Shown: piece after piece, positions 23,501-32,785 of the stretch | How the letters are laid out: every line of letters starts with the position of its first letter | How positions within the stretch are numbered: position 1 is the stretch's first letter | Assembly: GCA_964016885.1 (NCBI GenBank) | Contig: OZ024741.1 | Coordinates: 74,090,001-74,154,000, forward strand | Direction of reading: 5' to 3' | Length of the DNA: 64,000 nucleotides | Source of the DNA: Eledone cirrhosa | Taxonomy: Eukaryota | Notes under the pieces: generated by a model | What the model was told of the DNA's origin: nothing | The model's input: only the letters and a program-made list of their open reading frames with translations | The model's database searches: none | Made by a program: the position numbers and the translations under genes

Positions 23501-25061
23501 GTATTACCTCCTTATGTGTTGTATGTAGTCCTAGATGTATGTATTACCTGATTATGTGTTGTATGTGGTCCTAGATGTTTGTATTACCTGATTATGTGTT
23601 GCACACCTGCTCACAGCTGCGGTCAGATCATAGTTATGCTGTCTGCATGTTCATTCAAATGCATTCACACTGGCTATCTCAAAGACATACAAAAATGGCT
23701 TATAAAACTTACCAAAGTAAAGAACCTTCCAGTGCACTCCAAAGCTTCAAACGCCCTGGATTTCCGAAACGCCCCTGGGGGTGCATATGCCCCCGTTGAG
23801 AACCTTTGTTCTAGATGATATGTAGCTGTAATATACTGTCTATACACGAGTGTAGAGTGTGCCCCTCCCACTCCCCTTCATTATGTAGTTCATAATGACT
23901 CAGGCGGCTGTAACATAATAATTGTATATATTTTAACTAAACATATTGCAAGTCAGTCATTATGGTACTGAGCACCACCTAACTACTATTATCTCTAATA
24001 ATATTTCATATCATGTGATGTTTTTCATTTTTTTTTATATTGTGTTTATTTGTATGCATTCTATTTGAAATAAAATTTTCCCCCTCAAAAGACCTTAGAT
24101 ATCCTCATCATTGCACCCTAGTAGCTACTCTCCTACTACCCTTTGTTCACCCCTTACTCCCTCACTACCCCATCTCCCACACCACTGCATCTCTTCTCAC
24201 CATACACTAACCAGCTACACTTATGTCTTACCTCATATCTATCTCTCCATCATGCCCCACCTCCACCATATTGACCATATCCCTCACACCACTACATCTC
24301 CATAGACTAATCAGCCACCCTACCCATCCTCACAAACACCTATAACTTAATATTTATATCCCACCCCTATTGTCCTCGTCCCAGAGCTGAGAGGGCTCTA
24401 GAGTTGGGTCTATAACCTCTCTAGAGATGGTGCCATGAAAATACACTCGGTACACTCTGTATGAGTGGCTGGCGACAGGAAGGACACCTCGCTGTAGAAA
24501 CCATGCCTAAAAGGGTTGGAAGGACCCTTCAGCTGTATCAAAGACACAACAAACTCTCCAGTCTGGGTGATCTACACAATAAACACACCCAGTACATGCT
24601 GTAGAAAGCTTGCCAATTAAATGCCATAGTATTTATTCCAGCTCACTATGCTTTGAGTTCAAATCCTGCTGAGATCAACTTTGCTTTTCATTCTCTCAGG
24701 GTTGATAAACAAAGTACTAGGCCAGAGGGAGTGGTGAACTGGGGTAATTGTTAATGAATCAATATTGGATCTGGCTCTGTGCATTCTAAGTTCAAATTCC
24801 ACTGCCTTCTGTCAGCAGTTGTGACTTGCAGATAATATCAACAATGGAAAGCTCAATGGAAACATTGTTTATTTGGTTTGATCTGCAAATTCACTGCTTT
24901 CCTTTCCATTTTTTTTAAATTATAAATTTCAATAGTAATATTTTCTTTTTTCTTTTAACTTTTAATAGGTTATAAACATGTTACATGATGTCCAGAAAGG
25001 AAAATCAATTTCTCAAATTAAACAATCTTCTTCAAAATCGGGGCGATGCTTAATTCTATAA
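10277..25061 (+). CDS. MIEN1: Rdx-family selenoprotein, MIEN1/SELENOW2-like; spliced CDS join(10277-10317,13905-14005,20966-21042,24969-25061), 103 aa with two predicted Sec (UxxU) and C-terminal CaaX
   Basis: Manual splice with GT-AG introns and compatible phases (2,1,0) gives MAEKEKINVVIDY-U-SA-U-GGWNRMDSLRSAIQKDIPEAQVTVVVSKRRGAFEVIVNGKLIFSRLQTGDYPNHNKVINMLHDVQKGKSISQIKQSSSKSGRCLIL*. It has the Rdx hallmarks V.I.Y(C/U)xxUG and GxFEVxVNGxLIFS+L, and a CaaX end like MIEN1 (CVIL). A SECIS lies downstream. Confidence 0.88.
13905..14005 (+). CDS. MIEN1: MIEN1-like coding exon 2 (redox motif, in-frame TGA at 13912-13914)
   Basis: Pyrimidine tract then atag| acceptor; donor GAG|gtaaga at 14006; translates (U)SAUGGWNRMDSLRSAIQKDIPEAQVTVVVSKRR. 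Confidence 0.85.
14230..14495 (-). mobile_element. RTE-like LINE 3' tail fragment
   Basis: IERSQLQYYGHMVR..PTGRRSRG C-terminal motif and (GAA)n-like tail. Confidence 0.6.
14498..14870 (-). mobile_element. SINE family A copy with an internal tandem duplication
   Basis: Same body; CAGTGAGTGCTGGGTGCTTTTTTTCCGTGG block repeated. Confidence 0.75.
14880..15230 (-). mobile_element. RTE-type LINE 3' fragment (intron 2)
   Basis: MLRWMCNSNIRERQS..LRWYGHVMRM..KTWDEVI, same family as 850-1480. Confidence 0.78.
16480..20090 (+). mobile_element. Degenerate R4/Dong- or NeSL-like (RLE) LINE C-terminal region, split by an LTR element
   Basis: EGFLIAA.DQ, Y.YRHD.V..IHWKLC, ILWDMPIHTD..I..NQPNIIV.D; after the insertion NISTKEMEKLSKYKNLEIEI. 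Confidence 0.72.
17347..19857 (-). mobile_element. Non-coding (non-autonomous) LTR retrotransposon with about 419-bp LTRs
   Basis: Direct repeats 17347-17765 and 19440-19857 (about 6 differences); ATAT TSD at 17343-46 and 19858-61; PPT (rc AGAAGGGGGGTAT) at 17766-17778; PBS-like TGGTGACTGATG (rc of 19419-19430); no gag/pol ORF inside. Confidence 0.85.
20235..20518 (+). mobile_element. SINE family A-related subfamily copy
   Basis: GGTTGGTGTTAGGAAGGGCATCCAGCC body and (GAT)n tail; related copies at 31980-32200 and 61305-61600 on the minus strand. Confidence 0.72.
20966..21042 (+). CDS. MIEN1: MIEN1-like coding exon 3 (GAFEVIVNGKLIFSRLQTGDYPNHNK)
   Basis: ctcatttttag| acceptor, AAG|gtctgt donor; encodes the Rdx-family GxFEV motif. 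Confidence 0.9.
21130..21800 (-). mobile_element. Degenerate RTE-like LINE fragment
   Basis: IMLNGRKLEEVDTFKYLGSTLTKD and downstream degraded RT C-terminus. Confidence 0.6.
22938..23810 (-). mobile_element. hAT (Charlie/Buster-like) transposase fragment with one terminal region
   Basis: LLHTEVRWLSKGKCL..FFELFDSI.EFL and upstream TDxARAMVG-like motif; hAT-like end GGGGGTGCATATGCCCCCGTTGAGAACCTTTG near 23778-23808. Confidence 0.75.
24969..25061 (+). CDS. MIEN1: MIEN1-like terminal coding exon ending in CaaX (CLIL*)
   Basis: Long T tract then tttaatag| acceptor; VINMLHDVQKGKSISQIKQSSSKSGRCLIL-TAA. Confidence 0.85.
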   Translation, partial: VINMLHDVQKGKSISQIKQSSSKSGRCLIL

Positions 25062-26490
25062 ATTTATTTTGTTTTCAAGAAACTGCTGCAATTATGTTAC
25101 ACCTTAAACTCTCTCAGATTAAATTTGCTTCTTCCTTTTTAAGTTATATATATATATATATATATATTAAAGGCCTTCACTATCGTACTTCTTTTCCAAA
25201 TCCTCATAGCATAGATAACCAAAGAGAAGCAGCTAGCAAAAAACTCTAGGTGTTAAGGGTTAAAACACTTGCATGAGAGGATTTTTTCTCAGATCTGCTG
25301 TCCAGTTCTCTCTAGAATTTCTTGCTACTTGCTTCTTTCTATCTAAGTTAATATAACATAATTCTTTTCTATTAGGTTTCTTTTTTAAATCCTCATGGCA
25401 GAATTACGTAAGCATATACTTTTTTTTCATTTTTTTGTATACCTTTTCTATTATCTCTTTCTCTTTTCTATCCCAGCTCACTTCACTTACCCACTTTCTA
25501 CCCTTCCTTTGCATCTCCCTCTCTCCTTACACACTTCTACTCTCTCCACTTAGCCAACTCTTGCCTAGTTTCTGCATCTCTGTATCATTTCCTCTTTATT
25601 ATCCCTGTTTATCTGTACTTACTTAACCCACCAACTTTCAGCACCTTTTTTCCCATTTCTCTCTTTGTTTGTCTTTCCCCTGTTTCCTTCTCTTTGCTCA
25701 CCCAATTTCTGTCTCTTCCTCTTTTCTCTCTTGCTCCCTGTTTTCTCCCCCTCACTTTCATTGACTTTCCATTCTCTCTTTATCTTTGACTTTCCATACT
25801 CCCTTTCTCTAGATATCCTACTTCTCTCTTTATCTTTGACTTTCCCTACTCCCTTTCTCTAGATATCCTTGTCTCTGCCTACTTCTCTCTTTATCTTTGA
25901 CTTTCCCTACTTTCTCTCTCATTCAATACACAATGTCTCCTTTACCCCCCTCTCTCTCTATATATATATATATATGTTTCTTCCTCATTCAATATATCCT
26001 CTCTCTTTGCTCACCCACTTACCATGATAATCCCACATCTATAATTTGCTCTCCATCTCTTTTCCCTCTCTACATCGGTAGATTCCAACTTAGGTACAAA
26101 AGTGTACACTAAAATATTTTGAAGATTTCTGAAAAAGGTTTTACAGGATTTGTCAGTAAAATTTGATAGTTCTTCAAACCATCTTTTATGAAATGGTAAA
26201 TAATTGTTTCTACTTTTGGCACAAGGCCAGCAATTATCTCAGTGTATTACTGAATGGTAAATAATAAGAGAAAAATGTGTACATGTATAGTCTGTCAAAT
26301 TTAAGGGTTCTTTATAAGTCTCCTAGTAATATTTGAGGTTCACATTATGATAAAAGTCTGAATAATTGTCACATAAAATTGATAGTGAAGGCTGAATTCT
26401 AATATTCTATTTCTTTCTCTATGTAACAATTGTTAAACAGAAAAAAATTATCTTTATTGTTTTGCTTTAAAACTTTTTACTTGGCTTTCT

Positions 26491-26571
26491 CACTGGTTAT
26501 CTTTTACTATGAAAACACTGGTCTAAACATGTATCGATCAGGGTTGGATAAATTTTGTGGAATAACCAGTG
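26491..26571 (+). promoter_or_regulatory. Eukaryotic SECIS element in MIEN1-like 3'UTR
   Basis: Helix I CACTGGTTAT (26491-26500) pairs with ATAACCAGTG (26562-26571); core ATGAA (26509-13) / GGAT (26546-49); helix II AACACTGGTC / GATCAGGGTT (9 of 10 paired); apical loop TAAACATGTATC with AAA. Confidence 0.85.
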
Positions 26572-26603
26572 AAAAACTTGACTGAAAATTGTTTAAAAAT
26601 GAC

Positions 26604-26650
26604 ATTAAAGAACAAAATACTATATTGTGTTTCAGTGTTTTCTTTTTTTG
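26604..26650 (+). terminator. Probable polyadenylation signal of MIEN1-like gene
   Basis: ATTAAA at 26604-26609 just after the SECIS, followed by a GT/T-rich downstream element (ttgtgtttcagtgttttctttttttg). Confidence 0.55.
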
Positions 26651-26739
26651 TTTTACTTGCAATTGCCATGTTATATATATATATATATATATATATCATT
26701 CATCATCATCATCATATATATATAATTATTAACCATCTA

Positions 26740-27092
26740 GCCAACAACAACCCTGAGCACCTTTTTGATTTCCATGTGTCAGAAAACAGCACAGCTCTCA
26801 TGACTTTCAGAAACATTTTTTCACGCTCAGAGTTGCTGAAGCATGGAACAAACTACCTGCATCAGTTGTTAGCTGCTGAGACACTGCATCCTTTAAAACC
26901 TCCATGCTTCCTGAAATTCATCAACACTATACCTGATATCCCCCCTCCATACACATGCACACATGTATATCATGACTTATACACTGGTCATTTTCCTGAC
27001 ATTTGTACATTATTCTATGTACTATAAATGCACCTTTGATGAGTTGTAGTGCACCTGGGCACTGTACACAATAATTTCATTATTATTATTAT
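26740..27092 (+). mobile_element. CR1/L2-type LINE 3' end (second copy)
   Basis: Near-identical to 5190-5560, with (ATT)n tail. Confidence 0.65.
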
Positions 27093-28599
27093 TTATATAT
27101 ATATTTTAATGTTGAAGGGGATAGAATTGGTTTGTAAATTTACATATTTCCATAGAAATCCATAGACATAGTATTGATAGATTTGTAAAGAACAGAGGTG
27201 ATGTTCCCAGTTTTTATTCATGTTGCAATAATTTTTACTACTGTATATCATCACCACCATCATCACTGTTTAGGCCTATTTCCCAGGCTTCCATAGGTCA
27301 GATAGGTCAGATAACTGAGTCTCACATATATCTTCCATTATGCCATTGTAAAGGCTGGAGTTAATGATCTCAGTTCTTATTCTCTTATTCATGTATAATA
27401 CAATCAAGATTTTGAGCAATACTGGTAGACCTTTCATAGTGGAACATTTCAGCAATGAGAAAAATTTTAGATTTGTATTCTAGAAAATATGTGTCAGTAA
27501 TTAACCAGATTATAATTATCTGTCTAAATGTTTTCATCAGTGCTACCATTAGATCTTCATTTATATATTTTAAGTAGCGTTCATTGTGAAAGATGTTCTA
27601 CTTTTCATGTAGAAACAGAAATAAAGAATCTAAACTCCAAGAAGTGGGCCATAGGAGCTTACCAGTGCTATTAAGGTTATCTTTCATAGTTTTAGAATGT
27701 GGCAAGTGGGAAATATTTGACTGGCATTTCTAGAAGGTTGAAAGACAACATCAAGGAAGATAACTACTATAGCAGTTTTTGTGTAAATATGTGTGACTAA
27801 TTTTCTTTTTGTATGAATATTATATTGGGGAATGATTTGAAGAGAATAATCATAGGATATAAGATGAAATCACATTTAAAATTTGAAGTCGATTTCATCC
27901 TACTTTCCAGTAATTTTAACACAATTTCAAGTTACTGGGAAGTAAATTAAAGCAGAGGTAATATGAAATCATTACACGGTTGACATAATTAGTTTTATAC
28001 AAGTGTAAATTTAAATAAGTTTAAAAGCCATACAATGTATTGAAAAATTAAAGGAGCCAAGATAGTGATAGAATTTTACCTTAGCAAATTTAATTAATGA
28101 AAATATTTTGGGGTTTAAAAACCCATTATCAAGAGAGGATCCATGTGAAGGTCTTAAAGGACCAGTTGGAGATGAGTTGTTTGGCTGGCAGATTTAATTT
28201 ATATGTGGTTACAAAACAAAATCTGCGGGAAATTTTGTTTATGGAAGTTTTATTTGTCCTTTATGTTACCTATATACAACTTTACTTTAGCTTGTTAAAT
28301 TCATAGAACACATTTGTTATACAAATTCTTAACATAGATAGGACTGTATCAATTATTGGCTCTTCTTTTTAGGGTTATAAAATACTTCAAATTGACAATT
28401 ACTGGACTCAAAGTCATATTAGCACTATCAACATCTTTGTTAGTCATGGTTAGGCTGCGGATGACCTGAATAGACTGGGGGTTAAACAGCCCTCAAACAA
28501 TGATGATAATTCCACTAAGACAGATTCCCTCGGCAGAGTTGTTCTGCTAGAAAATGGGTTGCATGTAGCAGATAGTGGTACATCCACAAGGTATGATGG

Positions 28600-31500
28600 T
28601 TAGTTGCGATATGAGCAGGCTTCTGCAGGATGAATAAGCAGCCTCAGATCAACAGTAAACTACTAGGGGAGATGGTGCAATGAATGATGCTGTTAACTCC
28701 CAAGAAAACTCTTGCAACCCAGTGATGTAGCTACAACAAGGTGAGTAAAGGCTGCCTCTAAAAAAGTCTGGTCTCCATGAGTCTGATAAAAGTACTAAAT
28801 TGGGTACTGGCGGAATGAGACCACCAAAACACTGTAATATGGCTGGAAACAGCCATTCTTAACATACCATCCCCCATGCAGGATAACAAGGGATGTATTC
28901 AAGCCTTAGGTAGAGGGGCCTGTTCAAAAGATATATTGTAGTCTGCACCCAATGCTGCAAGAACTGGCAAAGCACCTGCAACCTGACCAGGGAGGTGTGG
29001 GATGGAAGCACAAATGTTACATATCTTGAGACCCATGAGAGGGTCCAAAAGGGAGCAAACTGTGACAATTAGTAACGAATCTGACAACTTTTACAGGCAA
29101 GGCACAGGAATTAGTGGCAGTGGCCACTTCTACAGACTTGATATAGTCAGTGCTTCCTCAACAAAGTTCTGTGGCTCTGGTACTGTAGATTGGATGGAGG
29201 ATGGAAACTATACTATTCAGGTGTGGTGCCAGAAAATACTGCCCAGGCAGGAGTCGGGGATACTCATAACCCCACCCATCACCTATAAGAATATGTTATG
29301 AACTGGATCCCATTGGGAGGGAGGATTTGCTTTTTGAAGCTTATGTTGAAAGGTCTCAGTGAAGTGGTGCCAAAAAAGAGAGCCCAAATACAGATCATAC
29401 CTTGATGAAGTCACTGCAGTGTTAGATGTAGTTAAAACTGGATCATATATTCTAATAGAGACATCAATGCACATGGCACTGACCACCTGACATGGAAAGA
29501 GTGATTGGAAGGAACAGAAATCCTGATCTAAATATGAATAGAGAGGCTTTATTACACTTCTGTTCTAGTAATGGGCTCTCTATTACGAACACCTTCTTCC
29601 AGCAGAGCACAGAGACATATATTAATATAGATGGTATGTGTTGCATGTTTGTGTTAAGAGAGGGGGTGAGTTGTCAACTGATCACCATATAGTTATCTGC
29701 GATGTGGGACTACCTAAAGCCAAGAGAGCCAAAAAAACTTGCATGTCCAGGTGACCGACAGGATGAAGTGGAAAGCACTGGCAGAAAAGGAAGTCTGGAA
29801 CAGCTTTTCAGATACTATTGCATTGAAATTAGAACTTTCTGAGAACATTGAAACTGAGTGGAGACTTCAACTCAGCAGTTTTTGCTTCAGTAAACTGGAG
29901 CAATGTGAAATAGAGTGTCTTGTGTTGTTTCTTTGAGCAAGACACTTTATTTCACATTGCTCCAGTTTACTCAGCTGTAGAAATGAGATGATAGGGACTG
30001 GGGTCCCTATCATTCCACTGCAAAGTGGTTGTGGAGGTACCACGACAAAAAAGCACCCAGCCCACACTGTAAAGTGGTCGTGTAGGCGCCACGGAAAAAA
30101 AGCACCCAGCACTCACTGTAAATGAGGTTGGTGTTAGGAAGGGCATCCAGCTGTAGAAATCAAGCCAGAATCAGTTCCCGTCCCACCCTTGCAAGCAGGG
30201 AAAAGCGGACATAAAATGATGATGGTGATGATGATAAATGTTGCAGGCTAAAGTAGCTTGGTGTGGCATGAGGACCCCTTGGTCAATCAAATGGACAAAG
30301 ATCCCATCTGAGCGAAGAAAGAGGCTTATAAATAAGTCTTCCTACTTGTACTTGCGGTACAAGCAGGCATGAAAAGTTGCAGCCGAGTCTGTAAAAGCAT
30401 CTGAAATTAAGACATGGGAGGACTTTGAGGTTAAGCTGGAATCTGTCTTCAGATCGGCAAATAAAGTATTTTGGCTGACCATCCATTGAGTTCGTAATAA
30501 GAAGTCCTTCTCCACGTCTGCTATGGGGGTTCTCCTCTCTTCAGAGAGGTGAGAAAATACTTTTCTGATCTTCTAAACCCAGTCACAACAGCTTCTGATG
30601 TATAGAAGGTACAGCTTCTGATGTACACGAGGTGCATCTGGGAGAGATGACTAACCTCTCATAGGCTGAAGTCACAAGAGCAGTTAAAGAGCTGAAATGT
30701 GGTAAGGCTGCTGGGGAGAATTTGGCCTGAGATGTTAAAAGCCTTAAATAGAGAAGGTATTTTTTATCTGGTTCATGTGCACTGGGTGGCCTGAATCTCT
30801 GGAAAGGCACCTAAGTAATGGCAAACGGGAGTTTTAATCTCAATTTCCAAAAAAAGAGCTGAGAGATTGCTCCAGTTATAGAGAGGTCTCCTTGTTAAGC
30901 CTCCCCAGAAAAGTGACTGGCAAAAAGATGTAGGGATATTGTCGGGTTCATGGTAGCTGTTGAACAGTGTTGTTTCCATCCCTGATGCATCACAGCTAAC
31001 CAAATATTCACACTGCACGGTGTATTGCCAAGCAGTGTGTAAACTTCAAAAAGGCATGTGACAGCATTCCTTGGGACCTGTTGTGGAAGGTTTTGCAGGA
31101 GTATGGGATTGATGGACAGCTTCTTGTTGCCTTGATGTCTCTATATAAATGTTCTATTATTTGTGTTTGGATAAATGGTGCTAAGTCAAAACCATTCAAT
31201 GTGGGTGTTGGATTCAGCCAAGGATGCGTACTGTCACCTCTTCTGTTCATAATCTTTATGGACAGGATTGATATGTGAAGTCAGTTTGGGTATTGAGACT
31301 GGCAGATGGAAGATCAATTGGCTAGAATTTGCGGATAACATGAAATTACTTAACTTCAAAAGGTGATCTCTGACATGAACTCAATAGGTTTGCTGCTGAG
31401 TGCTGCAAATACTGAAACACTCGTACTCTCAAGGAAGCCTGTGTAGTGCACTCTGCATGTGAGTGGAGTTCCACTGAAGCAGGTGGAGAAGTTCAAGTAT

Positions 31501-31800
31501 TTCAAGGTCATGTTTATGAATGATGGAAGGCAGCAGGCTGAATTAAGTGCAAGAATTGCAGGAGTTAGTGCAGTAATGTGCCAGCTTCAGCATTCGGTAA
31601 TCAGAAGAAGGATGGGGAGGTAGGTGTAAAAGCCAAACTTGTTTTCAATTTGGTATTCATGCCAACCATTACCTATGTCATGAATCTTGAGTAATGACTG
31701 GAAGGATATATTTGCAGTTACAAGCAGTTGAAATGGGGTTCCTCTGAAGGGTTTTTGAAATATTGTTACTCAATAGAGTGCATAGTTTGGAGATCAGAAA
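28600..31800 (+). mobile_element. Old, heavily degraded RTE-like LINE (APE endonuclease to RT), interrupted by a SINE
   Basis: LLHFCSSNGLSITNTFFQ; LWKVLQEYGIDGQLL..GFSQGCVLSPLLFIIFMDRI; VEKFKY motifs with many stops. Confidence 0.7.
29920..30235 (+). mobile_element. SINE family A copy inside the old LINE
   Basis: Core and body match 40610-40860; (GAT)n tail. Confidence 0.72.
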
Positions 31801-32204
31801 GTCACTCCAAGTACTTACAGAATATACATATTTTCATGATTCACAACACACAGTTATGCATACATAATTCAGTGCAGAGGAATAAAAGGTTACTTCCTTC
31901 TCTATTGAAAGAAACGATCATAAATCTATTAAATAATTTAATGTAATTTAATCCTGGTTATATATATATATATATATATCGTCGTTTAACGTCTATCTTC
32001 CACGCTAGCATGGGTTAGATGTGAATTGTCCCACTTGAGGCAAGATTGGTTGGGTGACCGTGTCTTGCTCGTATAGGACTATCTGGCAGGCTTTCTATGG
32101 CTGGATGCCCTTCCTAACACCAACCACATTTACAGTGTGGACTGGGAGCTTTTTACTGTTACCTCCACGGCCACATTACAGCTTGGACTGTGTGCTTTTT
32201 GTTG

Positions 32205-32238
<34 letters not shown>

Positions 32239-32503
32239 AGGGCAGAGTTGTCAACTACTAGGTAATATTTAATATTACTCACTATATATATATATAATGT
32301 ATAAATATAGCCAGGATTAAATTATATTAAATTATTTAATAGATTTATGATCGTTTCTGTCAATAGAGAAGGAAGTAACCTTTTATTCCTCTGCACTGAA
32401 TTATGTATGCATAACTGTGTGTATGTTGGCATGTATATTCTGTAAGTATATGGATGAATATATACACATATATATGTGTGTGTGGAGGTATAAGTGTATA
32501 ATT

Positions 32504-32785
32504 GTATATATATGTAAATCTATATGTATCTATGTGGGTGTATATGTATTTATATATGAGTGTACGTATTTGCATGTATATATATGTAAATCTATATGTA
32601 TCTATGTGGGTGTATATGTATTTATATATGAGTGTACGTATTTGTATGTATATATATGTAAATCTATGTGGGTGTATATGTATATATATGAGTGGACGTA
32701 TTTGCATGTATATATATGTAAATCTATATGTATCTATGTGGGTGTATATGTATTTATATATGAGTGGACGTATTTGCATGTATAT
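32504..32785. repeat. Minisatellite, about 72-bp unit, 4 copies
   Basis: GTATATATATGTAAATCTATATGTATCTATGTGGGTG..GTACGTATTTGCAT repeated; third copy shortened. Confidence 0.8.

Noticed and set aside
26347-26385. ATGA..AA..GAT in the 3'UTR as an additional SECIS
   Set aside because: No helix II pairing can be drawn.
27862-27903. ATGA..AAAA..GAT stretch as a second SECIS
   Set aside because: It folds as a plain Watson-Crick hairpin (GATGAAATC/GATTTCATC) with no GA/GA core or helix II, and lies beyond the probable poly(A) site.
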